DNA of 63,921 nucleotides, the filler included, from Malassezia furfur (Eukaryota), in the NCBI GenBank assembly GCA_052055015.1. It is 3 parts of 3 records of this genome, joined end to end, with 100 filler letters (N's around TTAATTAATTAA, not from the genome) between each part and the next. Parts side by side here need not be neighbours in the genome. Positions count along the whole stretch, not along the records: positions 22,063 to 43,801 come from JBQJIT010000165.1; 2 more parts are not named here. The stretch is one strand, 5' to 3'. Below are positions 22,063-32,472 of the stretch, piece after piece. The notes under the pieces were generated by a model. It did no database searches and was not told the origin of the DNA. It saw only the letters and a list, made by a program, of their open reading frames with translations. Within the stretch, counting starts at the first letter, position 1, and each line of letters opens with the position of its first letter. The translations under genes and the position numbers were made by a program.

Positions 22063-23868
22063 TGGCCGGGGCGGCCGGGGCGGCCGGGGCGGCTGGGGCG
22101 AGCGTCTCGGCGGGACCGCTTGGGGGTATCGGCGCCTCGGGGCGCAAGGTGCGCTGCAGCGATGGCTGCGACGCATAATGGTACGGGCGGCCCAGCTCAT
22201 TGTAGTCAAACACCGCCACCGAGCAGTACCCGTCCGTAGACGACATCATCAACACCTGCCCGTCGGGCGACCAGGCGAGGTCGGTGAAGGAGGCATAGTG
22301 CAGGTTGCTGAAGCAGCACAGCGGCGCAGACTGCTGCGTGTCGTACACCCACACGCTCTCCTGGGTCGCAACCGCGTACACCATGCGGTACGGCAATGCA
22401 AATGTCCGTGCCGCCCCATTCACACCCAACGCGGCCGTCTGCACTTCGCCGTGCTCCAACGGCACACTCGGTGTCGCCCGTGTCGCGCTATGCTCGCCGC
22501 GCAGCCGGTACAAAATAGGAGAAAAGGCGACGGCCAGCGTCGCTGTCTTGTGCCCGGGCAAGGCCGCCACGGGCGCATGAGACTTTTCAAAGTTGCCCCG
22601 CGCATACAGCCACACGGCGCTCGTCGTGTTCCCCGTGCGCGCATCGGCGTACGGTGCATTGTATTGCCCTGTGGGTGTCGCAAGCAGCGCGCCGTCGGTC
22701 GAGAACGCGAGGCGCCGGAAGAAGCTGCTGTAGCGGTCGTCGCCGTACAGCTTGTGTGACGCCGACGCCCCGCTCGGCCCGGCGGCCAGCAGGCGCTCGC
22801 GCGGCGACGGCGGCGCACGGATTGCCGGAAGCGGAGCAGGTGACGGCGACCGCGTCGGCGTGCGTGTCTGGGTGGGCGGCGGCGCTGCGCGTACCGGCGT
22901 CTTGGCGGGGGAGGCCGGCGGGCGCACCGCTGTCTTGGCCGGCGATGCGGGCGGCGGCGCTCGCGCGTCACCCTCGCCCGTACACGCCTCGCTGCCCGCC
23001 TTGGCGGCCATGTCGACAGAGGCATGTCGGCTCACCAACTGGACGTCGCGCGCCGCTTCGTTCTGCATGCGCAGCAGCCGGTACAAATGTACCGCGCGGT
23101 CGCTGCTCTGCGTCGCGAGGAACTCGTTCAACGGATCCCATGCGACGCCCTGCACATAATGCTGGTGGTCCGCAATTTCGCGCACGACGGTGCCGTCCGC
23201 GGTATTGATGAGGCGCACGACGAAGTCGGTGCCGCCGACCGCCAACTGCTCGCCGTCTGGGCTCCACGCCATGTCGTACAGCTCCTGGGACGTCGCGCGG
23301 CTCATAAGACGTACGCGCCAGGCCTCTTTTTCGAACGGCGCCTGTGGGTCGCCGGTCGTGGCGCCTTCGCCAAACGCGGGGCGCAGCTGCTCACTGCGCG
23401 TCCAAAACAAAACGGTGCCGTCGTCGCCCGCAGACGCAAGCACATCACCGCCCGGCGAGAAACGCACCACGTTCACCACACCCGTGTGCCGCGCGAGCGT
23501 CGCTGCATACTCGGCACGGGGGGGGTGTGCCGCGGCGGCACCGGCGGCCGCCAGCGCCGAGGGCGACGGGATATGGGGATGGATGATCCAGATGCGCACG
23601 TTGTTGTCGCCGCCGGCGGTCGCGAGACGCCAACTCTGCCCCCCTGCGAGGATGGGCGCGTGAGTTTCACTGGCGGCCTCGCTGCCTTCGCCCGGCAAGG
23701 CACGTCCGGGGGGGAGTCCGGCCGCTGCGCGTTAGTAGGCGACCTACCTTGCCCGAGATTATGGTCCAACACTTTCGCGAGACGCCCCGGCGCGATCGGC
23801 TGGAACGCACACGAGTAGATGGGCAGCGTATCGTGCCATCGTATCTCGAACGTCACGCAGCGCACCAT
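22063..23868 (-). CDS. CAC2: Chromatin assembly factor 1 subunit B (WD40); 3'-truncated by the gap
   Basis: EIRWHD..PIYS, RLATAGGDNNVRIW, VNVVRFSP, HYVQGVAWDPLNEF, FFRRLAFSTDG, NLHYASFTDLAWS. One 23-nt intron (23725-23747). Confidence 0.93.
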
Positions 23869-23921
23869 CGTGGGCGCGACACGGTGTGGTCCAGACGCGA
23901 CACGGCGCTTCGGCCGATGCA

Positions 23922-25292
23922 CTACGACTCTACGGGGCGTTGAGGCAGCTGTGGAGGCGCCGCCGCGGCGCTGGCTGCCGGCGCGCGGCGGCGCACGCGC
24001 AACTGCGCGTCGATCATGCCCAGACCCGTGACAAACTGCGTCTGCGTCAGGCCGGCACACGCCGCATCGCCGCCAGACACTGAACGCCAGATCTCTGCGA
24101 GATCCGCCGCGGCGAGCTTCGAACGCGTCCACACCGCACGCACCGCCGCCGGGCGCACGACGGGGGGTTCGCTTGTGGGGTCGACCACCGCATCAAAACA
24201 GGCAAGGTAGCGCGATGCGGAAGGAACAGCCGCAGAAGATCCTCGCATAGCCCGTACCGGCACATTGGGGGCCGTACGCCGCCCATGTTCGGTGGTCGAC
24301 GCAGGTGGCGTCGGCACTCGTGCCGTGTCCGTCGTACTGGGCGACACTCTCGACGAAGAGTTTTTAGGCGTGGGGGACACTGACCGTGAGGAGGAGGGCG
24401 ATGCGACCAAGCCGTCGGCTTCTTTGTTTAGTTCCGCGCTGCGCAGAGGCAGCTCAGGCTTGCCGCCTGCCCCAGAGGGCTTGCTCCGTGGTACGACGGG
24501 CGGCGGCCGACGCTGAGCTTTGAAAGTGCTCTCCGTAGCAGTAGTTTCCTCATCTTGATCTTTTTGACCAAAGTCAATCAAGTCAGACACCACATTTGCC
24601 CGGTCAGATCCTTCCTCCTTTGGCCCAGTCCTATCGTTCGCGGTGTCTGGGCGGCGGACGGGGGGTGCTTGCGTGGCACATGACGAGGAAGTCTCGCTTT
24701 GGGAGCGGATGGGGAGCGAGGGTTTTTCTGTCTTCGCCGGACCCGCGGGTATAGTTTGTGCTACATTCGCACCTGATGGATCATCACCTTTGTTAGGCGA
24801 GCCGCTCTCTCGTTCTCTCAGCGAAAGTGGCACATTGCTTTCGGCTATGCCGTCAGATTCAATACGGATTCCTCCCTCTGTATCCACATTGTCAGGTGTT
24901 TTGGTAGGAACGCCACTTTTCAGAGACACAGAGTCAGTTGGGGGCGGCCAGGTCAACGTCGGCTTGGGTTTGACGGTTGGTTTGGGTTTTAGGTTCGGTT
25001 TCGGTTTGATCTGTGGCTTGGTCTTGACTTCTGGCTTTGCTTGGCGCATGCAAAGGTCAAGTTCGGGTTTTACAGGAGACAGGTTCGTAGACGTCTGCGG
25101 GGAATTGGAGCGATCACGAGGCGTTGGCTGTTCTTTCTGTTCCGGCTCGCTTTTCGTCGCTGGTTCTTGTTCGAGGGATGTTCGATGCGCTGGTGGTGAC
25201 CTCAAATCATTTGATACCCCACCCTCAAACATTGCTCGCAGGTTGCGCACATTCGCCGGCCTCTCTACCGCCGAATCCTCCGAGTCGGGCAT
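23922..25292 (-). CDS. Proline-rich protein with C-terminal EH domain (Irs4/Tax4-like)
   Basis: VRAVWTRSKL..DLAEIW..LTQTQFVTGLGMIDAQLR, preceded by KP/PxxP-rich sequence. Confidence 0.72.
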   Translation of the reverse strand: MPDSEDSAVERPANVRNLRAMFEGGVSNDLRSPPAHRTSLEQEPATKSEPEQKEQPTPRDRSNSPQTSTNLSPVKPELDLCMRQAKPEVKTKPQIKPKPNLKPKPTVKPKPTLTWPPPTDSVSLKSGVPTKTPDNVDTEGGIRIESDGIAESNVPLSLRERESGSPNKGDDPSGANVAQTIPAGPAKTEKPSLPIRSQSETSSSCATQAPPVRRPDTANDRTGPKEEGSDRANVVSDLIDFGQKDQDEETTATESTFKAQRRPPPVVPRSKPSGAGGKPELPLRSAELNKEADGLVASPSSSRSVSPTPKNSSSRVSPSTTDTARVPTPPASTTEHGRRTAPNVPVRAMRGSSAAVPSASRYLACFDAVVDPTSEPPVVRPAAVRAVWTRSKLAAADLAEIWRSVSGGDAACAGLTQTQFVTGLGMIDAQLRVRRRAPAASAAAAPPQLPQRPVES

Positions 25293-25371
25293 GTCAGTGG
25301 AGTACCGTGCGCGGTGGTATAACGTAAGCAGGTTTGCCTCGCTAGCGCGAAGTGGGGTAAGGTTACATCTG

Positions 25372-26462
25372 ATGCATCCAAGCGTGTATTCGGAGTGTTT
25401 CCCGTACGTCTGGCGCTAATCCGAGCCCACCACCGAGCTGGTCCGCAAATGAAATTCCGGATCAAACTGGACGGGTACGATTCTTATCTCACGCAGATCG
25501 CTCTAGTCACAGGGGGAAATTCAGGGATTGGGTTAGAGACCGTTCGTGCGCTGCTTCGTAAGGGGAGCAAGGTATATATGGCAGCACGCAACGAGGCAAA
25601 GGCGCGCAATGAAATGGCCAATCTATTACAGGATCCAACAACAGCAAAAGGAGCGGTAGACTTTTTGCATTTGGACCTGGCTAGTTTCAGGAGCATCGAG
25701 CAGTTCGTGCGTGAACTTGGTCGCCGTGAGCAGCGCCTCGACCTTCTCTTCAATAATGCTGGACTTGTTATCCCCAACAGCGAGGGCCAGAAAACGGCCG
25801 AAGGCTACGAGATCCATATGGGTGTCAATGCTCTAGGAGTGTACTACCTCACTGTCCTCTTGCTTCCCTTGCTACGAATTTCGTATCAACACAACCCTAC
25901 ACGCCCCCCACGGGTATGCTTTACAAGCAGTCTTGCCCACCGCGCAGCACCTAGTTGCGGCTTCGACCCTACCGACCCTAGCGGAGCTCATATACGCTTT
26001 CGGGTGTTACCGACCTACATGCAAGCCTATGCGAACAGTAAAATGGCTGTCATTCTTGGTATGCTTCGTGCTCACATTCAGTTGCGCGCAAATTACAGCG
26101 TATGTACGGCAAAGATGGCATCGTCTTGTATGTGTCAACTTCACACAGCAATGCTTGCAACCCCGGCAATCTCAAGACAGGTATCACACGCCACGCCGGA
26201 TCATTTTCAACAGTACTTCTCAGCAACTTTATTGAGCCTTACCTGCTTTATTCCTCCGAGCTCGGCGCCTTAACCCAACTGTATGCCAACACGGCCTTTG
26301 AGGCAGGCGAGGATGGCGGGCAATACTTTGTTCCTTGGGCGCGCAAAGGCGCGTCTGCCCCCGCAGCCGACAGTCTAGAAGCACAAGACAGAGGTACGTG
26401 CACAAACCAACTCAGCTACCGAGTATTTTGATCAGGAAATCGCGAAGCACACTCAGGTGTAA
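25372..26462 (+). CDS. Short-chain dehydrogenase (RDH/WWOX-like), paralog 1
   Basis: IPDQTGRIALVTGGNSGIG, LFNNAG, YANSK. Introns 25404-25425, 25475-25496, 26059-26081, 26128-26148 and 26394-26415. Confidence 0.88.
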
Positions 26463-26554
26463 AGAGTTTCCCCTCTCCGCAAAATGCTTATGTACTCCAC
26501 ATAGTGATCGATTTCGTCCACGTAACCCCACACGATCGTGGCAGGGTAGTCGAC

Positions 26555-27574
26555 ATGGTGATCAGTGCAATTTTTCCGTACGTTTTGGATCTCACTCAGC
26601 CCGGCGCCTAGATGGCATCCCGAAACGGATATGCCAGACCAAACGGGTCGTGTATGTTGACTGACTTACTTAGATTGCTATTGTCACGGGGGGCAATGCA
26701 GGCATCGGCTACGAGACCGTTTACTGGTTGCTGAAAAAGAATGCGAAAGTGTACATGGCAGCCAGAAGTCAACAGCGTGCTGAATCTGCTATCTCGAAGC
26801 TGAGAAATGAGAACCTACCTGGCACTGTTGAGTTTATCCAGTTGGACTTGGCAGACCTGAACAACATCAAAAGCTTCCCGACGCGTTTCATGGAAAAGGA
26901 AAACCATATCGACATGCTTTTCAACAATGGCGGAGTTATGCTTCCTGAGTCTGGGCCTAAGACGACTGACGGCTATGAACTCCAACTGGGAACTAACGCC
27001 TTAGGCCATCACTATCTCACCAAACTTCTCATTCCCATGCTTGAAGCTTCTCAGAAAGCGACCCCGGATCGCAATCCGCGTGTGTGTTTTACCTCAAGCA
27101 TTGCACACCGTTTTGCCTCTCCGAATGGGTTCAACCCAGAAGACCCTACTGGTGTGAATACAAACAGGCCTTTCTACATTCCTCAGGTCAATCGAGAGTA
27201 CGGCACAAGTAAACTGGCCAACATCCTGTCTGCCAACAAATTTCAGCGCGAATATGGCTCGAAGGGTATTGTGTTCACATCAGTACATCCTGGTGCTTTG
27301 CGTACCGAGCTTATGCGAGACTGGCATTCGGTCGTTAGTCGCGTCCTGGCCTGGGCAATATTGTATCCCCAATCCATGGGCGCCTTGACACAGCTCTATG
27401 CTGTTACTGCCCCCGAGACTGGCACAAAGGGCGGGTGTTACTTTGTGCCTTGGGGACGAGAGGTTAAGCCTATGGCCATTGCTCTGAGTTCGAAAAACCA
27501 GGATGCTTGTACGTACCATTAAAACTGACCTAGTCGATAAATGGGCACTTGAACGGATCGAAAAGCACACATGA
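26555..27574 (+). CDS. Short-chain dehydrogenase, paralog 2
   Basis: MPDQTGRIAIVTGGNAGIG, LFNNGG, YGTSK. Introns 26578-26599, 26652-26673 and 27509-27533. Confidence 0.9.
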
Positions 27575-28082
27575 GCACTCTTGATTTTGGCAAGAACGAC
27601 TTCTCGGTTTCCTCGTTATTTTCGCTGACATGTTTTATCCAGTTATGCTTTCTTATTTTGGCTAAACGCTGCATCCATAATTTGTGGCCTGGAAGGCTTC
27701 GGAAGAATGCTACAAGCTTATTTTGAGTGTGCAATTTAAACATTGTCCGACAGTTGCCCGTGCTTCTATGATGAAGATGTATATGTGTAGGCGTCGAATC
27801 GCAAACCTTTGATGGGCTCACAGAAGTGTCAGCCACGTTACTAAATTGATTTGAAATAAATCGTAATTTTTTATCAAATGTGAAATCGGACTGCACATAG
27901 TTTAACGGGCTTCTGAGCAGCTTCTAGCGCTTGTCTAGAAGTAGCGAGAAGATCATGGCGACGCATCTCCGAGGGATAACGTCCTCAATATTGCTACAAG
28001 AATGGGGGGAAGAGAGAAATTAATTGAACTAATTATTGCGCGAGGGAAATGGACGTCCGCGGAGGTCTTCTGGTCAGTGTAG

Positions 28083-28088
28083 TATAAA
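28083..28088 (+). promoter_or_regulatory. Putative TATA box of SDR paralog 3
   Basis: TATAAA about 65 bp upstream of ATG 28152. Confidence 0.45.
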
Positions 28089-28151
28089 TTCGTAGCAGCC
28101 AGTGTATGGCCAACCGCTCACAAAGTAGAGCATATTGTTAAAATTGCTCCA

Positions 28152-29152
28152 ATGTTCTCGTATGTTTTTACCTTCTGATGACAGCCGCACACTTCTGTGG
28201 AATCCAGCGAAGGACATGCCCGACCAAACTGGCCGAGTATGTCACACCGATTAACGTAGATTGCCCTGGTCACAGGCGGCAACAGTGGTTTTGGCCTGGA
28301 GACTGTCCGATGGCTTTTGAAGAAAAACGCCAAGGTGTATATGGCTTGTCGCAGCAAACAGCGTGCTGAAGAAGCGATTGCCCAGCTGAAGAAGGAGAAG
28401 CTGCCTGGCAAAGTCGTTTTCATTCAGCTTGATTTGGCAAACTTGAACAACATCAAAGGTTTCCCGTCGCGTTTCAAAAAATATGAGGACCACCTTGACA
28501 TGCTTTTCAACAATGGCGGTGTCGCAGCCTTCAAGCCAAACCAACTCACTTCGGATGGTTATGAAATCATGCTGGGCACGAATGCCCTTGGTCATCATTA
28601 TTTGACCAGGCTGATGATTCCTTTCTTGGAAGAGTCTCAGAGGCTGACACCGAACCGCCCCCCGCGTGTCTGCTTCACTTCGAGCATGCTTCATCGCTTC
28701 GCTTCGCCGGAAGGATTCACGCCGAAAGATCCTACTGGCGCAGGTTCGAAGCCTTTCTATGTGTCTGCCGAAAACCGGATGTACGGCACTAGCAAGCTCG
28801 CCAACATTCTTTCTGCCAACAAGTTCCAGCGCGAATTTGGCGCCAAAGGCATCGTCTTCACATCGGTACACCCTGGCGTAGCAGGTACGGGAATCTTCCG
28901 TGAGATGAACCCTGTCATGCGCTGGTTCATGAGTCTATTTTTCGATTCGATGGAGAAAGGCTGCCTCACTCAGTTGTACGCCGTGACTGCTCCTGGTACG
29001 GAGACGAAAGGTGGATGCTACTTTGTACCCGTTGGCAAAGAAGAAGAGCCACTCCCGATTGCAAAGAGCGCAGAGAACCAGGATCTTTGTATGTTTTTGC
29101 AACTCACCCAGTCGACAGATGGGCCATGGAACAGGTCGCGAACAAAACCTAA
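28152..29152 (+). CDS. Short-chain dehydrogenase, paralog 3
   Basis: MPDQTGRIALVTGGNSGFG, LFNNGG, YGTSK. Introns 28160-28184, 28237-28259 and 29089-29111. Confidence 0.9.
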
Positions 29153-29658
29153 GAATGACGCAAAGCTAGTCCTTGTCCCCTTGTATATCTCCCATTGCTA
29201 TAGTAGTTTCGCATTAAGCTTTCCGTTACAGCGAGTTGCTGTATTCTCCCCGCAAGCGTCCGGCGTCGCTGGCGAGCAAGGAATGCATCTCTATGCATTC
29301 AGGGTTGCCGAGATATTTTAGCTATCCAACCAGTAACTTTATTTGTCAGCGAGGCTTCGGGTCCGTAACGCGAGCGTCCGGTTGGCTGGCACAATCTGCA
29401 GCGGCCGGTACATCGCTGGAGGAAAAAGGGAGGACATTGCTTGTTGTTCACCACCGTCTGGTGTCGTGAGCGACGGTAACCAACGTATGGTTGACCCTAT
29501 CTCGAACATTCATACTGTGTTTCAGCGTGTGCCGACTGCTGCCTCGTCCTTCAACCACTCCCGCTTGACGATCCTTCTCCTCAGTGACCTGGATTCCGAG
29601 CCGCCCTAAAACAGATTTCGCTTCGATTAGCCTATGGAACGTCGTGCTTGCGCATACG

Positions 29659-32343
29659 ATGCCGATTTTTAACCGCAACAACCATCCAGCTGCTGCCGCT
29701 CCCGCGGTGTCCGCGGCGGCTGACGGCTCCCCTGAGAAGCCCGGGACTGACAACGAGACAAAGTGGTTCAACAAGCGGCCTGGCCCGCTTTCGTTTGCCG
29801 GTCTCTCAAAACTCGCGTCAAGCGAGAAGACTCCCTCGACCCCCCCTGCCATGTCTGCCAGGTCGGCGGCCTTCCCCTTCCCCTATACCGCCGCCGATGG
29901 AACTGGTCGTGTGGATGCGCCGCGCCTGTCGCAATTCTCCCTTTCGCTGAATGACCTAGTGAACAAGGCATTTATTGCATCAAACACGTCGGCGTCGACA
30001 CAGGCGCCCCTGTCATGGACGTCGCCGTTCAGCGGCGCGTCGATTAGCACGCCGCGACTGCAAAACATTACCTACGGCAACAACCGTTTGCCCGACCGTG
30101 TCAAGGTCATTGAAATGACACGGCTTTTTATTCAGGAACTCCAGACGGCCGCCGAGGTGGACCCGTACCTGCTGCGCGCCGTGTCGCGCGCAATCCTCAA
30201 GTCCATCTCGCAGTTTGTGACGCGCATCGAGTCGCTACTCGTCCCGGCATCGCGCGACCCTGGTGCGCTGGTGATTCCTGCGTCGGTGAAGGCTGCGCAG
30301 CACCTGCCGGCCGCCATGGAGTTTAACTTGGCACTGATGAGCCTCGAGTGGATCGTGGAGGAGAGCTTAGAGCGCTGTCTCAATGGCCTCCCTCCCCTCG
30401 CGCTGCTCAACTCGCCCAACATCATGGTCCCGACGTCGTCCGAGGGCGAGGCAGCGCCGCCGATGCCTTCGTATGTCCATGAGATCCTCTCTCCGCTGCG
30501 CGAGCAGATGGAGGCGAGCATCATCCACGTCGTGCAGCCTGTATTGGTGCAGGTCAAGTCGTCGCTTGCGGCGTGCATCGCACGGGCAAACCCTCATCCG
30601 TTCCAGCCGCAAGGACGCAACGAAGCCGAGCGCGAAGGTGCAGGTGACTTTGGTGCGCGTATGCAGGGCGGCACGCCGTGGCTCAAGGAGCTAGAGGAGC
30701 GCCTCGATGCAGCGTACCGTCTGCTATTCCTGCGCATCTCGGAGCGGTGTGGCCAGGACGGCCAGGCATGGTTCATCTCAGTGGCGATTCACGTCATCTG
30801 GAAAGGCTTGGTGGCCATCACGTCCCGCTCCGTGTTTGCGCCCGCGAGCGTCGTCGAGGAGCAGTTTGCGCACACGTTTGGGCGCACATCCGGCACTACG
30901 CCGTCGAGCGTCGTGCTCAACTCGCTCCTCTCCGGTGACTTCTCGCACAACCGACGCGTCCCGACGCCAACGCAGCTTGCGCACGCACTGCGGTCCGTCG
31001 GCAAGCCTGGCGCACATCGACTGCGGCGCATGCCTGGCGAGTCATCGACCGGCTACCACACGCCGGTCGAGGGCACCAATGACCTGGGCTTTGACGGATG
31101 GAAGTCGCACTTTACGCTACCGACCGATGTTGACTGCTACGTGATTCACCCGTTGCTCGTCGCCGAGCAGCTGCACGACTTGCAGACGTTTGAGCGGCTT
31201 ATGGTGCAATTCACCGCCGACCTTGTTGTACCGCCACAGGCGCGCAAAAAGCGCCGCTCGGCGAGCCGCCAGCGGCAGCCATCAGGCGACAGCGAGTCGT
31301 CCGTCGATGCGCGCGCGGCACAACTCGACGCGGACGCTGCGCAACGCGCCGCAGGCCCGCTCAGCGACGAGCCTGAGGGCATGCCGTCTCCCCACGACGA
31401 CGAGGATCTGGCACGTGCGGCACTCAAAGAGGCACTGGGCGCGCTGCAGAGCACGGTCGTGGTGTTACGCACCCTGCTCCAGGAGCCCGACACGCTCCAG
31501 TTCTTTGCGATGCGCTCGCGTGCGCCGGGCGAGTCGACCGAGCAGTTTTTGTCACCGGCCGCGAGTCATGCGTTCAACGTAATCCCCGAGCTGCTGCTCA
31601 TCCACATCGCCTTTTGCCGTATCCCGCCGGGATGGACGAAGCGCGACGAGGCAAAGGACGAAGGCGATGCAGCGCGGGCCGACTTGCTGCCGACCCCGCC
31701 GCAGCTGTTCAACTACTCGTGGATGGACTACGACGCAGCGCTGACGGGCTTTGCCGCGGGCGAGGCTGCCGCATCATCGCTCGCGCGGCTCTATCAGCCG
31801 GTGATTGGGCAGGTATACCGTACGCTGGATGACCGATGCGGCGACGCGTGCGACCATGCGCTGCAGCATGACCGTGAGGCGAACGACGATGATGCGTGCT
31901 CGGAGCACTCGGACGTATCCGAGGCCGACATGGCGGGCATGACGCAGTCCGCGCCTGCGCTGGAGAACCTGAGCCTCCACGACCGCGGACGCGGCGCGCG
32001 CCAGGTGTCGGGCGGTGCAGCGGCAGCCGTGGATCTTAGCGACGTGGGCCGCTCGCGCTCGGTGCACCGCGCGGGCGGTGCAGGGCGTTTCTGGCGCAAG
32101 TCGCCGTCGCAAAACAACTCGGTGCTGTCCTTCCATCTGCCAAATGCGCTGCCGCCGCGCGTGTCGCGCGCGAATGCGACGAGCTCGCCGTACCGCGCGC
32201 TCAGCCGGAGCCGGCGTGGGTCGCCTGTGCAGCAAAGCAGCTCGCCATCGCTGCCACGCAGTACGACGCACACGCTCGCACACATGCAGCGCAATGCACT
32301 CAACATGTTTGATAGCGTGCTGCTGCGCGTCGGCCAGACGTAG
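29659..32343 (+). CDS. Hypothetical protein, about 890 aa
   Basis: Long uninterrupted ORF with coding-like codon use; I recognise no family motif. Confidence 0.75.
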   Translation: MPIFNRNNHPAAAAPAVSAAADGSPEKPGTDNETKWFNKRPGPLSFAGLSKLASSEKTPSTPPAMSARSAAFPFPYTAADGTGRVDAPRLSQFSLSLNDLVNKAFIASNTSASTQAPLSWTSPFSGASISTPRLQNITYGNNRLPDRVKVIEMTRLFIQELQTAAEVDPYLLRAVSRAILKSISQFVTRIESLLVPASRDPGALVIPASVKAAQHLPAAMEFNLALMSLEWIVEESLERCLNGLPPLALLNSPNIMVPTSSEGEAAPPMPSYVHEILSPLREQMEASIIHVVQPVLVQVKSSLAACIARANPHPFQPQGRNEAEREGAGDFGARMQGGTPWLKELEERLDAAYRLLFLRISERCGQDGQAWFISVAIHVIWKGLVAITSRSVFAPASVVEEQFAHTFGRTSGTTPSSVVLNSLLSGDFSHNRRVPTPTQLAHALRSVGKPGAHRLRRMPGESSTGYHTPVEGTNDLGFDGWKSHFTLPTDVDCYVIHPLLVAEQLHDLQTFERLMVQFTADLVVPPQARKKRRSASRQRQPSGDSESSVDARAAQLDADAAQRAAGPLSDEPEGMPSPHDDEDLARAALKEALGALQSTVVVLRTLLQEPDTLQFFAMRSRAPGESTEQFLSPAASHAFNVIPELLLIHIAFCRIPPGWTKRDEAKDEGDAARADLLPTPPQLFNYSWMDYDAALTGFAAGEAAASSLARLYQPVIGQVYRTLDDRCGDACDHALQHDREANDDDACSEHSDVSEADMAGMTQSAPALENLSLHDRGRGARQVSGGAAAAVDLSDVGRSRSVHRAGGAGRFWRKSPSQNNSVLSFHLPNALPPRVSRANATSSPYRALSRSRRGSPVQQSSSPSLPRSTTHTLAHMQRNALNMFDSVLLRVGQT

Positions 32344-32472
32344 CGCAGTGTTTCGCCGTAGATCGGGAATTTACCTCCGCTTGGTCATCGGGCGCAGGGG
32401 ATTGGCCTGCGCTGCGCTCTTTGTTCTCGCGCAGCGACCATGCGTGGGGTCGGCGTACACTGGGTGCGCGCG

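Noticed and set aside
25372..26462. Apparent frameshifted pseudogenes (SDR paralog 1, cyclophilin, DTD1, IMPase)
   Set aside because: Every frame change coincides with a canonical micro-intron whose removal restores conserved motifs.
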